Positions 9,069 to 18,768 of a stretch of DNA of 37,513 nucleotides are shown here, one piece after another. Each line of letters starts with the position of its first letter. Position 1 is the first letter of the stretch. The position numbers were made by a program, and so were the translations under genes. Origin of the DNA: Oscillospiraceae bacterium (GTDB lineage Bacteria > Bacillota > Clostridia > UMGS1810); assembly GCA_022769845.1 (NCBI GenBank), contig JALEIO010000132.1, positions 1-37,513 of the forward strand, given 5' to 3'. Below the pieces are notes generated by a model. It did not search any database. It was given only the letters and a program-made list of their open reading frames with translations, and was not told where the DNA came from.

Positions 9069-9548
9069 ATGGAAAGAATACTTGAAATTTTAGAAAATGA
9101 CTGCAACACCAGTCCTGCGCAGATTGCGCTTATGCTTGATATGAAGGAGGCGGATGTTGTTGCGGCGATAGAGGACTTTAAAAAAAGAGGCATTATTCTT
9201 AAAAACAAAAGTGTTATAAATTGGGAAAAGACTGATAAACCTATTGTTACCGCGCTTATTGAGCTTAAGGTTACTCCGCAGAGAGGTCTCGGCTTTGACA
9301 AAATTGCCGAGCGGATTTATCAATATCCCGAGGTAAAAACGGTGTTTCTTATTGCCGGCGCATATGATTTGACGGTTATAATTGAGGGAAAAACTATGAA
9401 TGAGGTTGCGCGCTTTGTTCACAGTAAGCTTGCGCCTATGGAGTGCATTGTAAGCACCGCAACGCATTTTGTTCTTAAAAAATATAAGGTTGAAAATATT
9501 ATTTTTGACGATAAAATTGACGACGACAGGCAGGTGATTACCCTGTGA
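9069..9548 (+). CDS. Lrp/AsnC-family transcriptional regulator (YugG/AlaR-like)
   Basis: N-terminal HTH; INWEK, VTPQRG.GFD.IAERI, GAYDL, TATHFVLKKYK; overlaps the aminotransferase start. Confidence 0.88.
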   Translation: MERILEILENDCNTSPAQIALMLDMKEADVVAAIEDFKKRGIILKNKSVINWEKTDKPIVTALIELKVTPQRGLGFDKIAERIYQYPEVKTVFLIAGAYDLTVIIEGKTMNEVARFVHSKLAPMECIVSTATHFVLKKYKVENIIFDDKIDDDRQVITL

Positions 9549-10732
9549 CAACGTTTAATCCCGATAAATATTTGAATGAGCATATTGCAAAAATGCCGCC
9601 TTCGGGGATACGAAAGTTTTTTGACGCCGCAAACAATATGGAGGGCGCAATTTCGCTCGGAGTGGGCGAGCCTGACTTTATGACACCGTGGCATATTCGC
9701 GACGCAGGTATTTACTCGCTGGAAAGAGGAAAAACTCACTATACGGCAAACGCAGGCTTAAAAGAGCTTCGCGAGGAAATATGCCTTTATCTTAAAAGAC
9801 GGTTTAAGCTTGATTATACGCAAAATGAGGTTCTTGTTACCGTTGGCGGCAGCGAGGCGGTGGATATTGCTCTTCGTTCGCTTATAAACCGCGGCGATGA
9901 GGTGCTTATTCCCGAGCCGTCGTTTGTGTGCTACAAGCCGTGCGCCGAAATGGCGGGCGGTATTGCCGTTCCTATTGCTACAAAGGCGGAAAATGGCTTT
10001 AAGCTTACAAAAGAGGATATATTGTCGCACGTTACAGACAAAACAAAAATTCTTATTTTGTCTTACCCGAACAATCCTACGGGAGCGATTATGACAAAAG
10101 AGGATTTGGAAGAAATTGTTCCTGTGATAGTTGAAAATGATATTATTGTTATTTCGGACGAAATTTACGCTGAGCTTACATACGAGGGACACCATACGTC
10201 TATTGCTTCGCTTGACGGTATGAAGGACAGATGTATTGTAATAAACGGTTTTTCGAAGGCTTATGCAATGACGGGCTGGCGCTTGGGATATGCTTGCGGA
10301 AACGAAAAAATTATAAAAGTTATGACAAAGGTTCATCAGTACGCCATTATGTGTGCGCCAACAACAAGCCAGTTTGCGGCGATTGAGGCTCTTAAAAACG
10401 GGGATAAATCCATTGAAACAATGACGCACGAATATAACTACCGCAGAAAAGTTATTGTGGACGGTTTCAACAAGCTTGGTCTTACCTGTTTTAACCCGCA
10501 GGGTGCGTTTTATATTTTCCCGTGCATAAAGTCTACCGGTATGTCGTCGGACGAATTTTGCCGCCGACTGCTTGACGAAGAAAAGCTTGCAATTGTGCCG
10601 GGAACGGCGTTTGGCGAGTGCGGCGAGGGATTCCTTCGAGTGTCATACGCATATTCAATAGAGCAGATTAACGAGGCGCTTATAAGGGTTGAAAGATTTT
10701 TGGAAAAATTGAAAAAAGGTGATATAAAGTGA
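9545..10732 (+). CDS. Class I/II PLP aminotransferase (YugH/AlaT-like)
   Basis: SGIRKFF, LGVGEPDF, NNPTG, DEIY, GFSKAYAMTGWRLG; GTG start overlapping the upstream TGA. Confidence 0.88.
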   Translation: MTTFNPDKYLNEHIAKMPPSGIRKFFDAANNMEGAISLGVGEPDFMTPWHIRDAGIYSLERGKTHYTANAGLKELREEICLYLKRRFKLDYTQNEVLVTVGGSEAVDIALRSLINRGDEVLIPEPSFVCYKPCAEMAGGIAVPIATKAENGFKLTKEDILSHVTDKTKILILSYPNNPTGAIMTKEDLEEIVPVIVENDIIVISDEIYAELTYEGHHTSIASLDGMKDRCIVINGFSKAYAMTGWRLGYACGNEKIIKVMTKVHQYAIMCAPTTSQFAAIEALKNGDKSIETMTHEYNYRRKVIVDGFNKLGLTCFNPQGAFYIFPCIKSTGMSSDEFCRRLLDEEKLAIVPGTAFGECGEGFLRVSYAYSIEQINEALIRVERFLEKLKKGDIK

Positions 10733-11223
10733 GTTACAACATAGTTTTGGTTGAGCCTGAAATTCCGCAGAATACCGGAAATATTGCCCGAACGTGCGCC
10801 GTTACAGGAACGCAGCTGCATATTGTCAAGCCTATGGGATTTGAAATCACCGACGCAAAGCTTAAACGTGCAGGACTTGATTACTGGCATTTTCTCGGGG
10901 TTAAATACTACGAAAATACAGACGAATTTTTTGCTGCAAATAAGGGCGGACGGTTCTTTTATTCCACCACAAAAGCGGTCAATAATTATTGCGATATGGA
11001 ATACAGGGACGGTGATTTTATACTGTTCGGCAAAGAAACAAAGGGGCTTGACGAGGCGCTTTTAAAGAAAAACAAAGAAACCTGTATAAGAATTCCGATG
11101 ATTGACGAGGCAAGAAGTCTTAATTTGTCAAATTCGGTTGCAATTGTGCTTTACGAGGCGCTGCGACAGCAAAATTTTGCAGGTCTTAACGAAAAGGGTG
11201 CGCTTACAAAATTTGAGTGGTAA
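10729..11223 (+). CDS. trmL: tRNA (cytidine/uridine-34 2'-O)-methyltransferase
   Basis: PEIPQNTGNIARTC, KRAGLDYW, FGKETKGL, RSLNLSN SPOUT motifs. Confidence 0.93.
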   Translation: MSYNIVLVEPEIPQNTGNIARTCAVTGTQLHIVKPMGFEITDAKLKRAGLDYWHFLGVKYYENTDEFFAANKGGRFFYSTTKAVNNYCDMEYRDGDFILFGKETKGLDEALLKKNKETCIRIPMIDEARSLNLSNSVAIVLYEALRQQNFAGLNEKGALTKFEW

Positions 11224-11244
11224 AAATTAAATTGTTAAGGAGTT

Positions 11245-12105
11245 TTGTTTGTGAAAAAGGTTAAAATTTTAATAGATTCAACGTCGGATATAAGCCTTGA
11301 TATGGCAAAGAAGTATAACATAGACATACTTGGGCAAAATATAATATTCGGCGACGAAACATTTGTTGAAACGCTGGAGCTTGGCCCGAAAGAGTTTTAC
11401 AAAAAGCTTGAAGAATTTGACTCAATACCAAAAACGTCGCAGATTAACATTACAAAAATTACCGAAAAATACGAGCAGTATTACAAGGATTTTGACATTA
11501 TATTTATCACTATTTCGTCTAAAGCAAGCGGAACGTTTCAGTCGGCAAACATTGCAAAGGATATGTTTTTGGAGGAGCATCCCGATGCTTCGATTGACGT
11601 TTTTGACGGTTATAATCTGTCAATCGGTTACGGCAGACTCGGCTTTGCGGCGGCAGATATGGCAAATGAGGGCAAGCAAAAGGATGAAATTCTTGAAAAG
11701 CTTGAGTATCTTAAAGCTAAAAGCGAGGTGCTTTTTGCGGTGGACGACCTTAACTATCTGCAAAAGGGCGGAAGAATCAGCCCGACTGCAAAAATTCTCG
11801 GAAACGTGCTTGACATTAAGCCCATTCTTACGATTAAAGACGGACTTGTTACAAACTGCGACAAGGTGCGCGGCGAAAAAAAGGTGTACTCAAAGCTTGT
11901 TGAGCTTATGATGTCAAACATTGATTTAGACGAAAAGCAGACGGTTTATATTCTTCACGGCAATGCGCCCGACAAGGTGGAAAAGCTGAAGGAAAAAATT
12001 GCCGAAATGACCGATATAACAGATATTAAGGTTAACGATGTCGGCGCAAGCGTGGGCACAAACACGGGTGCGGGAGTTATTGCGCTGTCTTATCTTAAAA
12101 AATAA
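11245..12105 (+). CDS. DegV-family fatty-acid-binding protein
   Basis: DSTSD, PKTSQ, SSKASGT, L.KGGRI, IKPIL, G.NTG.G motifs; start is TTG 11245 or GTG 11251. Confidence 0.9.
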   Translation: MFVKKVKILIDSTSDISLDMAKKYNIDILGQNIIFGDETFVETLELGPKEFYKKLEEFDSIPKTSQINITKITEKYEQYYKDFDIIFITISSKASGTFQSANIAKDMFLEEHPDASIDVFDGYNLSIGYGRLGFAAADMANEGKQKDEILEKLEYLKAKSEVLFAVDDLNYLQKGGRISPTAKILGNVLDIKPILTIKDGLVTNCDKVRGEKKVYSKLVELMMSNIDLDEKQTVYILHGNAPDKVEKLKEKIAEMTDITDIKVNDVGASVGTNTGAGVIALSYLKK

Positions 12106-12170
12106 TATATAATGCAGTGCGAAAAAAATGTCAAATTTTTGTCAAACTTTAAGAAAATTTTGCTAAATAC

Positions 12171-12199
12171 TTGAAAATTTTTTCCATATGTTATATAAT
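12171..12199 (+). promoter_or_regulatory. SigmaA promoter for pgk-tpiA-gpmI
   Basis: TTGAAA-N17-TATAAT. Confidence 0.7.
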
Positions 12200-12262
12200 G
12201 TATCTTGGTTATTTTTGTATGATAAAAATTAAATAAATTATAAAATGAAAGGCTGATGAATT

Positions 12263-13450
12263 ATGCTTAATAAGAAAACTATTGAGGATATCGAAGTTTC
12301 GGGCAAAAAGGTGCTTGTAAGATGCGATTTTAACGTTCCGCTCGACGAGAACAAAAACATTACCGATGAAAACAGACTTATCGGTGCGCTTCCCACAATC
12401 AAATACCTTATTGACCATAACGCTAAGGTTATTCTTTGCTCGCACCTCGGCAGACCGAAGGGTGAATTTAATCCCAAGTATAGCTTATCTCCCGTTGCAA
12501 AAAGGCTTTCCGAGCTTTTGGGACAGGAGGTTAAAATGGCTTCCGACGTTATAGGCGACAGTGCAAAAAGTCTTGCTTCTTCGCTCAAAGACGGCGAAGT
12601 TATGCTTCTTGAAAACGTAAGATTCCACAAGGAAGAAGAAAAGAATGACCCTGCTTTTGCAAAAGAGCTTGCGTCTTTGGCTGAAATTTACGTTAACGAC
12701 GCTTTCGGAACAGCGCATAGAGCACATGCCTCCACTGCGGGCGTTGCAGATTATCTTCCTGCGGTTTGCGGTTTTCTTATCAAAAAAGAAATCGAAATTA
12801 TGGGCAAGGCGCTTTCAAACCCCGAGCGTCCGTTTGTTGCAATATTAGGCGGCGCAAAGGTTTCGGACAAAATCGGCGTTATAGAAAATCTTCTTGATAA
12901 AGTTGATTATCTTATTATCGGTGGCGGTATGGCTTATACCTTCCTCAAGGCAAAGGGTTATGAAATAGGCACATCTATCTGTGAGGATGAAAAATTGGAG
13001 CTTGCTACAAGCATTATGGAAAAAGCACAGAATAAGGGCGTTGAGCTTCTTCTTCCGATTGAAACGGTTGTTGCATCTGAATTCAGCGCAGACGCAGAGC
13101 CCATCGTTGTTTCGTCCGACAAAATTCCGGCTGACAAAATGGGTATGGATATCGGACCGAAAACAATCGAGCTTTTCTCCGAAGTTGTTAAAAAGGCTAA
13201 AACGGTTATCTGGAACGGACCTATGGGCGTTTTTGAATTTCCTAAATTTGCAGTTGGCACAAAGGCTATTGCAAAGGCTTTGTCTGAAACAGACGCAATT
13301 ACAATAATCGGCGGCGGCGACAGTGCTGCAGCGGTTGCGCAGCTTGGTTTTGCTGACAAAATGACGCATATTTCAACCGGCGGCGGCGCTTCACTCGAAT
13401 ATCTCGAGGGTATTGAGCTTCCGGGTATTGCTGCATTAAACGACAAATAA
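12263..13450 (+). CDS. pgk: Phosphoglycerate kinase
   Basis: [53 protein letters not shown]. Confidence 0.97.
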   Translation: MLNKKTIEDIEVSGKKVLVRCDFNVPLDENKNITDENRLIGALPTIKYLIDHNAKVILCSHLGRPKGEFNPKYSLSPVAKRLSELLGQEVKMASDVIGDSAKSLASSLKDGEVMLLENVRFHKEEEKNDPAFAKELASLAEIYVNDAFGTAHRAHASTAGVADYLPAVCGFLIKKEIEIMGKALSNPERPFVAILGGAKVSDKIGVIENLLDKVDYLIIGGGMAYTFLKAKGYEIGTSICEDEKLELATSIMEKAQNKGVELLLPIETVVASEFSADAEPIVVSSDKIPADKMGMDIGPKTIELFSEVVKKAKTVIWNGPMGVFEFPKFAVGTKAIAKALSETDAITIIGGGDSAAAVAQLGFADKMTHISTGGGASLEYLEGIELPGIAALNDK

Positions 13451-13465
13451 TTTTAATAAAATTTT

Positions 13466-13495
13466 AAAGGCATAGGTATTTTGCTTATGCCTTTT
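13466..13495 (+). terminator. Intercistronic hairpin (terminator-like or mRNA-stabilising)
   Basis: aaaggcatagg / cttatgccttt inverted repeat with a short T tail between pgk and tpiA. Confidence 0.55.
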
Positions 13496-13529
13496 GATTG
13501 TATTTTTATATTCAAAGGAGATAATTACT

Positions 13530-14276
13530 ATGAGAAAAATAGTTGCTGCAGGTAACTGGAAAATGAACAAAACTCCCTCGCAGACGCTTGAGCTTATAAA
13601 CGAGCTTAAACCTCTTGTTGAAAACAGCAAAAACGACGTTATCATATGCGTTCCGTTTACTTCGCTTTATACTGCTGTTGAAGCGTGCAAGGGCACAAAA
13701 ATAAAAGTTGGTGCGCAGAATATGCACTTTGAAGAAAGCGGTGCGTTCACGGGCGAAATTGCTCCCGATATGCTTACTGAAATCGGCGTTGAATATGTTG
13801 TAATCGGTCACTCCGAAAGAAGACAGTATTTTGCCGAAACTGACGAAACAGTTAACAAAAAGGTGAAAAAAGCTTTTGAGCATAACTTGAAACCTATTAT
13901 CTGTGTAGGGGAATCGCTTGAGCAGAGAGAAATGGGCATAACCTTTGAACTTGTTGCTATGCAGACAAAAATTGCGCTTTTGGGACTTACAAAAGAGCAG
14001 GTTAAAGATGTTATTATCGCATACGAGCCTATCTGGGCAATCGGTACCGGCAAAACCGCTACAAGCGACCAGGCGCAGGAGGTTTGCAAAAAAATCAGAG
14101 ATACAGTTGCAGAGGTGTTTGGCAAAGACGTTGCCGACGAGGTTACAATTCAGTACGGCGGAAGCGTAAACGCAAAAAATGCGGCTGAATTATTTGCAAA
14201 AGAGGACATAGACGGTGGTTTGGTCGGCGGTGCAAGCCTTAAAGCAAACGACTTTTCGATTATTGCAAACAGCTAA
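13530..14276 (+). CDS. tpiA: Triosephosphate isomerase
   Basis: [36 protein letters not shown]; ATG 13530 follows RBS aaggag. Confidence 0.97.
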   Translation: MRKIVAAGNWKMNKTPSQTLELINELKPLVENSKNDVIICVPFTSLYTAVEACKGTKIKVGAQNMHFEESGAFTGEIAPDMLTEIGVEYVVIGHSERRQYFAETDETVNKKVKKAFEHNLKPIICVGESLEQREMGITFELVAMQTKIALLGLTKEQVKDVIIAYEPIWAIGTGKTATSDQAQEVCKKIRDTVAEVFGKDVADEVTIQYGGSVNAKNAAELFAKEDIDGGLVGGASLKANDFSIIANS

Positions 14277-14286
14277 AACTGCTTGC

Positions 14287-14318
14287 GACCGCATATAAAC
14301 AATATGCGGTCATATTTT
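14287..14318 (+). terminator. Intercistronic hairpin between tpiA and gpmI
   Basis: Perfect 10-bp stem gaccgcatat / atatgcggtc followed by atattttt. Confidence 0.55.
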
Positions 14319-14350
14319 TAACAAATTTTATATGAAAGGCAATGATTTTT

Positions 14351-15868
14351 ATGGCAAAGAAACCGATTGTTTTAACTATACTTGACGGCTACGGCATCAA
14401 CAAAAATCACGAGGGCAACGCTGTTTACACTGCAAACACTCCGAATATGGACAATCTTTTGGCAACCTGCCCCAATACTGTTATTCACGCAAGCGGTCTT
14501 GACGTGGGACTTCCCGACGGTCAGATGGGCAACAGCGAGGTTGGTCACACAAATATCGGCGCGGGCAGAATTGTTTATCAGGAACTTACAAGAATCACAA
14601 AAGAAATTGAGGAAAGAACCTTTTTTGAAAACGAAGCCTTCAAAAAAGTTGTGGAAAACTGCAAGCAAAACGGCTCTGCACTGCATCTTCTGGGACTTTT
14701 GTCGGACGGCGGCGTGCATAGCCATATAAGACATCTTTTCGGACTTTTGGAGCTTGCAAAAATCAACGGTCTTACCGATGTTTACGTTCACTGCTTTACC
14801 GACGGACGTGATGTTTCTCCCACAAGCGGCATTGATTTTGTAAAAATGCTTGAGGATGAGATGAAAAAACTCGGCGTCGGAAAAATAGCAACCTTAATCG
14901 GCAGATACTATGCAATGGACAGAGATAACCGCTGGGAAAGAGTTGAACAGGCATACAACGCTATGGTTAAAGGCATTGGCGTGAAGGCGGAAAGCGCCGT
15001 TTCAGCAATGGAAAAATCCTACGCAAACGATGTTACCGATGAATTCGTTGTTCCGACGGTTGTTTGCGAGGACGGCAAAATTAAAAAGAATGATTCTGTT
15101 ATATTCTTCAATTTCCGCCCTGACAGAGCGCGCGAAATTACACGAACCGTTGTTGACGAGGATTTTAACGGCTTTGCGAGGGAGTATTTTAAAACGTACT
15201 ACGTTTGTATGACGCAGTATGACGCGCTTATGCCCAACGTTGACGTTGCGTTTAAGCCGCAGAAGCTGGTTAATACTTACGGCGAATATATAAGCAAGCT
15301 TGGCAAAAAGCAGCTGCGAATTGCCGAAACCGAAAAATACGCTCACGTTACCTTCTTTTTCAACGGAGGAGTGGAGGCAACTTATGAGGGTGAGGACAGA
15401 ATTCTGGTTCCGTCGCCGAAGGTTGCAACCTATGATTTAAAGCCTGAAATGAGCGCCTATGAGGTGTGCGACAAGGTTGTTGAGGCTATTGAAAGCGGAA
15501 AATACGACTCGGTAATTTTAAATTTTGCAAACTGCGATATGGTTGGTCATACAGGTGTTATGGAGGCTGCTGTTAAGGCGGTTGAAGCAGTTGATAAATG
15601 CGTTGGCAGAGTTTGCGAGGCAGTAAAGAAAATGGACGGCGTTATGCTTATCACTGCCGACCACGGCAATGCGGAGCAGATGATTGACCCTGTTGACAAA
15701 TCAGCATTTACAGCGCACACAACAAACGTTGTTCCGCTTATTTTGGTTGGATGCGGCGACGTTAAGCTTAAAGAGGGCAGACTTGCCGATTTGACGCCTA
15801 CAATGCTTGACATTGCGGGTATTGAAAAGCCTAATGAAATGACGGGTGAAAGCCTGATTGTAAAATAA
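14351..15868 (+). CDS. gpmI: 2,3-bisphosphoglycerate-independent phosphoglycerate mutase
   Basis: ILDG.G, GQMGNSEVGH, DGGVHSH, GRYYAMDRD, ETEKYAHVTFF, DMVGHTG, TADHGN; start ATG 14351 (or 14342). Confidence 0.97.
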   Translation: MAKKPIVLTILDGYGINKNHEGNAVYTANTPNMDNLLATCPNTVIHASGLDVGLPDGQMGNSEVGHTNIGAGRIVYQELTRITKEIEERTFFENEAFKKVVENCKQNGSALHLLGLLSDGGVHSHIRHLFGLLELAKINGLTDVYVHCFTDGRDVSPTSGIDFVKMLEDEMKKLGVGKIATLIGRYYAMDRDNRWERVEQAYNAMVKGIGVKAESAVSAMEKSYANDVTDEFVVPTVVCEDGKIKKNDSVIFFNFRPDRAREITRTVVDEDFNGFAREYFKTYYVCMTQYDALMPNVDVAFKPQKLVNTYGEYISKLGKKQLRIAETEKYAHVTFFFNGGVEATYEGEDRILVPSPKVATYDLKPEMSAYEVCDKVVEAIESGKYDSVILNFANCDMVGHTGVMEAAVKAVEAVDKCVGRVCEAVKKMDGVMLITADHGNAEQMIDPVDKSAFTAHTTNVVPLILVGCGDVKLKEGRLADLTPTMLDIAGIEKPNEMTGESLIVK

Positions 15869-15896
15869 TAAGAACCAAAATATATTTTTCTAAAAC

Positions 15897-15929
15897 AAAA
15901 AACAGGGCGAAAAAAATCGTCCTGTTTTT
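15897..15929. terminator. Bidirectional intrinsic terminator between the convergent genes gpmI and tmk
   Basis: aaaaacagggcga / tcgtcctgttttt, with an A-run on the left and a T-run on the right. Confidence 0.8.
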
Positions 15930-15940
15930 ATGTTTTTATC

Positions 15941-16612
15941 TTACAGAATGCTTTTTACGGCACTCAAAATTTCCTCTGAAATATCTTCAATAGAACGAAC
16001 TTTTTCGTCTTTTACGCACAAAATTTTGTGCCAGCCGAATTTGTCCGCAACATAATGCGCGTTTTTATAGGAATGTTCGAGATATTCTGTATCGGATTCG
16101 TGAATATCAAGAGTTTGCGAATTGTCAATTTTATTGAGACGGTTTGCCATAAGTATTTTTGCCTGCGCAACGGGCATATCGAGAAAAATAGTTAAATCGG
16201 GAGCGGGAAGACCAAGCTTGTTATACTCAAAATCCGACACCCAATCAAGAAATTTGTCCTTTTCTTTACAGTCGGATATTTTTGCCGCCTGATGAATAAA
16301 ATTTGACGTTGTATATCGGTCGGCAATAACGATTTTGCCGTCATCAAGGTGTTTTTTCCATTTTGTTAAATAAGACGCAACTCTGTCAACCGCAAAAAAA
16401 GCAGACGCCGCATATGGATTTACATCTTCTGCGTTTTTTCCAAATTCGCCGTTAAGATACATCTTCACCAAAGCTGAAGAATTGCTTTTGTAATCGGGAA
16501 ATTCAACGCTTTCAACCGCAAAGCCTATTTTGTTTAATTTGTCAAACAAAAGCTTTGTCTGGGTAGCTTTTCCGCTTGAATCCACGCCCTCTATAACAAT
16601 AAGTCTGCCCAT
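15941..16612 (-). CDS. tmk: Thymidylate kinase
   Basis: MGRLIVIEGVDSSGKATQ P-loop, ADRY, PDLTIFLD; ATG 16612 overlaps the upstream TAA (TAATG), so the ORF-track start 16714 is too long. Confidence 0.88.
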   Translation of the reverse strand: MGRLIVIEGVDSSGKATQTKLLFDKLNKIGFAVESVEFPDYKSNSSALVKMYLNGEFGKNAEDVNPYAASAFFAVDRVASYLTKWKKHLDDGKIVIADRYTTSNFIHQAAKISDCKEKDKFLDWVSDFEYNKLGLPAPDLTIFLDMPVAQAKILMANRLNKIDNSQTLDIHESDTEYLEHSYKNAHYVADKFGWHKILCVKDEKVRSIEDISEEILSAVKSIL

Positions 16613-17346
16613 TATTTCGCCCTCTTTCCCTTTAAAATAACTGTCATTGCAAATTTCGGCAAATCCATCATTCTGCCAATGCGCCACGGTTCTTTGCATA
16701 AGCGGTAAAACCATTCCATATTGAGCTTTTGAAAAATTTCAGGCGCGCGTTTTGCCTCGCCGGCAATAACGTCAAGACTGCCGCCAAGCCCCATCATAAC
16801 CTTAACTTCAAGGTCGTTTTTATGTTCGTAAATCCATTTTTCCTGTTTGGGAACGCCAAGGCAAACAAACAGAACATCAGGTTTTTTGCTGTTTATGTCT
16901 GCAATGATTTCTTTTTCTTTATCATCATTAAAATATCCGTCAGCACAGCCTGAAATGATAATATTAGGGTGCATTTTTTTAATTTTTTCGCTTGCCCTCT
17001 CGGCAACGCCCGGTTTAGAGCCGAAAAGATACAGGCTTTTTTTGCCTTCGTCCATTTTTTTTAGCAGTTCCATCGCTGTATCATAGCCTGCGGCACGCTC
17101 TGTTAAGGGATTTTTAAGTATTTTTGAAGCGTAAACCACACCAATGCCGTCCGCGGTTAAAATGTCCGCCGAGTTAAGAATTTCTCTGAAATTTTTGTCG
17201 CGGTATGCCGTCATTATCATTTCGGAATTGGGGGTGAACACATAGTGACAGCCTCCGCTTTCCAAAAATGAATAAATTTTTTCGCTTGCGGATTTTACCG
17301 TAAGCTTGTCTATGTTAACGCCGAGAATTTCAACTTTGTTTTCCAT
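16612..17346 (-). CDS. WecB/TagA/CpsF-family glycosyltransferase (GT26)
   Basis: TPNSE, ADGIGV, DGYF, LGVPKQE, GLGGSLD, KRAP, EWFYRL..EP.R; ATG 17346 follows RBS aaggag. Confidence 0.92.
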   Translation of the reverse strand: MENKVEILGVNIDKLTVKSASEKIYSFLESGGCHYVFTPNSEMIMTAYRDKNFREILNSADILTADGIGVVYASKILKNPLTERAAGYDTAMELLKKMDEGKKSLYLFGSKPGVAERASEKIKKMHPNIIISGCADGYFNDDKEKEIIADINSKKPDVLFVCLGVPKQEKWIYEHKNDLEVKVMMGLGGSLDVIAGEAKRAPEIFQKLNMEWFYRLCKEPWRIGRMMDLPKFAMTVILKGKRAK

Positions 17347-17377
17347 AATCTTCTCCTTAAAAACATTATACATTTTT

Positions 17378-17406
17378 ATTATATTTCAAATTCCGCATAA
17401 TGTAAA
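17378..17406 (-). promoter_or_regulatory. SigmaA promoter for WecB/TagA-tmk
   Basis: Minus strand TTTACA-N17-TATAAT. Confidence 0.55.
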
Positions 17407-17421
17407 TAGAAAAATTAAAAT

Positions 17422-18768
17422 TTATTCGGATTTTGAAATTTTAAGGTTGTTATCAATGTAAATTTTTTCATAATTTTCATTAGCCTGCGCGGCATCGCTT
17501 ACAGGAATTATTCTTTCAATATTTTTGTTTTGCGAGTATGAGCGAAGCGCTCCCGTAAGTGACCAGTCTGCCTGCGTGACGTTTAAAATATGTTCGGCAA
17601 ACGGTGCGGTTATTTGGTTATACACGCGTTTTGCGCCGACAAGATAATATGTTTTGTTATCTTCAATAAGATGGGAGTTTATAAGGTTTTCGCATATTGC
17701 TTTGTCGGTTTGATAAGCCGCTTTATACTGCGAAAGTTCACTTGCCGAGCTTATGAGAAAAAGGCTTAAAAGTGCGGAAAAAATGATGTTTGAGCTTCTT
17801 TTTGAAAATGGTATGTTATCAAGAATTATGCCGATTGCCATAACTGCAAAAATGCAGGCGCGAAGTGATATATATGAATTTTTAAGTACAAAATACGGCG
17901 TAAACGGGCATAAAAATACTGCAAACGCATATATAATACTGCGTTTGCCTGAAAAATTTTTCGGTGGACAAAATTTATTCAGAATAAATAAGATAACTGC
18001 AAAAATCAGCGGTGATATCCATATATGAGGCGATTTAAAAATCATTTTCGGAAAAACCGACGTAAATATTTCGCATAGAGACAAAATATGCGGCAAAAAT
18101 TTTATGCCGATTTCGCCACGGTCGGCAAAACGGTCGAAAGGGGCGCAAATTATGTAATACACCCCTGTTAAAACAACATTTATAATGGGAACTGCAATAA
18201 ATTTTTTGTTTGTAAAACACAAAAAAACAATCGTTGTAACAAACGAAAAAACAAGCGACTGCTCGTAGAAAAGATATGACAAAAGATTGAAAAACGCAAA
18301 AATGAAAATACGAAATTTCCCTTTTGCAAAGGCAAAAACATACAGTGATACCGCGCAGAAAAATATGCTTGTAACAATGCGTGACGCGGCGCTTATCCAA
18401 TAGGTGGCTTCAAAATTCAAGGGGCAGAAAATAAAAAACAAAACAAAAAATCGGCTTAAGTTTATACCGACTGTTTTGAGCACCCGTATAAGTAAAACCG
18501 CCGATAAAAAGAGCATAAAAGTCAGAAATACAAGCGAAAAATACATTCCGAGCTTTTGCCACACAAAAAGGTCAAAAACCGCCGCTGCCGGACGTTTATA
18601 TATTGTGCCTGCGGTAAAAAGCACATAATTTTTTGGATAGAGCGAATATGCGCTGTATTGAATATAATCATCGAGCGTTGGAAAATAACGAAATCCGAAA
18701 AGTGAAATTTTGGCGGCAAGAAGGCTTAAAACAAGTGTATATTTACAAATTTGTTTTTTCATTTGCAA
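17422..18768 (-). CDS. Polytopic membrane protein, GT-C/GtrC-like glycosyltransferase candidate
   Basis: Many TM helices; DDY and YKRP in the first loop, EA.YW and LFYEQ motifs; soluble C-terminal domain; overlaps the GT2 stop. Start is 18768 or 18762. Confidence 0.65.
   Translation of the reverse strand: MQMKKQICKYTLVLSLLAAKISLFGFRYFPTLDDYIQYSAYSLYPKNYVLFTAGTIYKRPAAAVFDLFVWQKLGMYFSLVFLTFMLFLSAVLLIRVLKTVGINLSRFFVLFFIFCPLNFEATYWISAASRIVTSIFFCAVSLYVFAFAKGKFRIFIFAFFNLLSYLFYEQSLVFSFVTTIVFLCFTNKKFIAVPIINVVLTGVYYIICAPFDRFADRGEIGIKFLPHILSLCEIFTSVFPKMIFKSPHIWISPLIFAVILFILNKFCPPKNFSGKRSIIYAFAVFLCPFTPYFVLKNSYISLRACIFAVMAIGIILDNIPFSKRSSNIIFSALLSLFLISSASELSQYKAAYQTDKAICENLINSHLIEDNKTYYLVGAKRVYNQITAPFAEHILNVTQADWSLTGALRSYSQNKNIERIIPVSDAAQANENYEKIYIDNNLKISKSE

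Noticed and set aside
16613-16714. N-terminal extension of tmk (likewise the tpiA, GT2, WecB and LCP extensions in the ORF track)
   Set aside because: Downstream ATGs with proper RBSs match the family N-termini; the extensions are longest-ORF artefacts.
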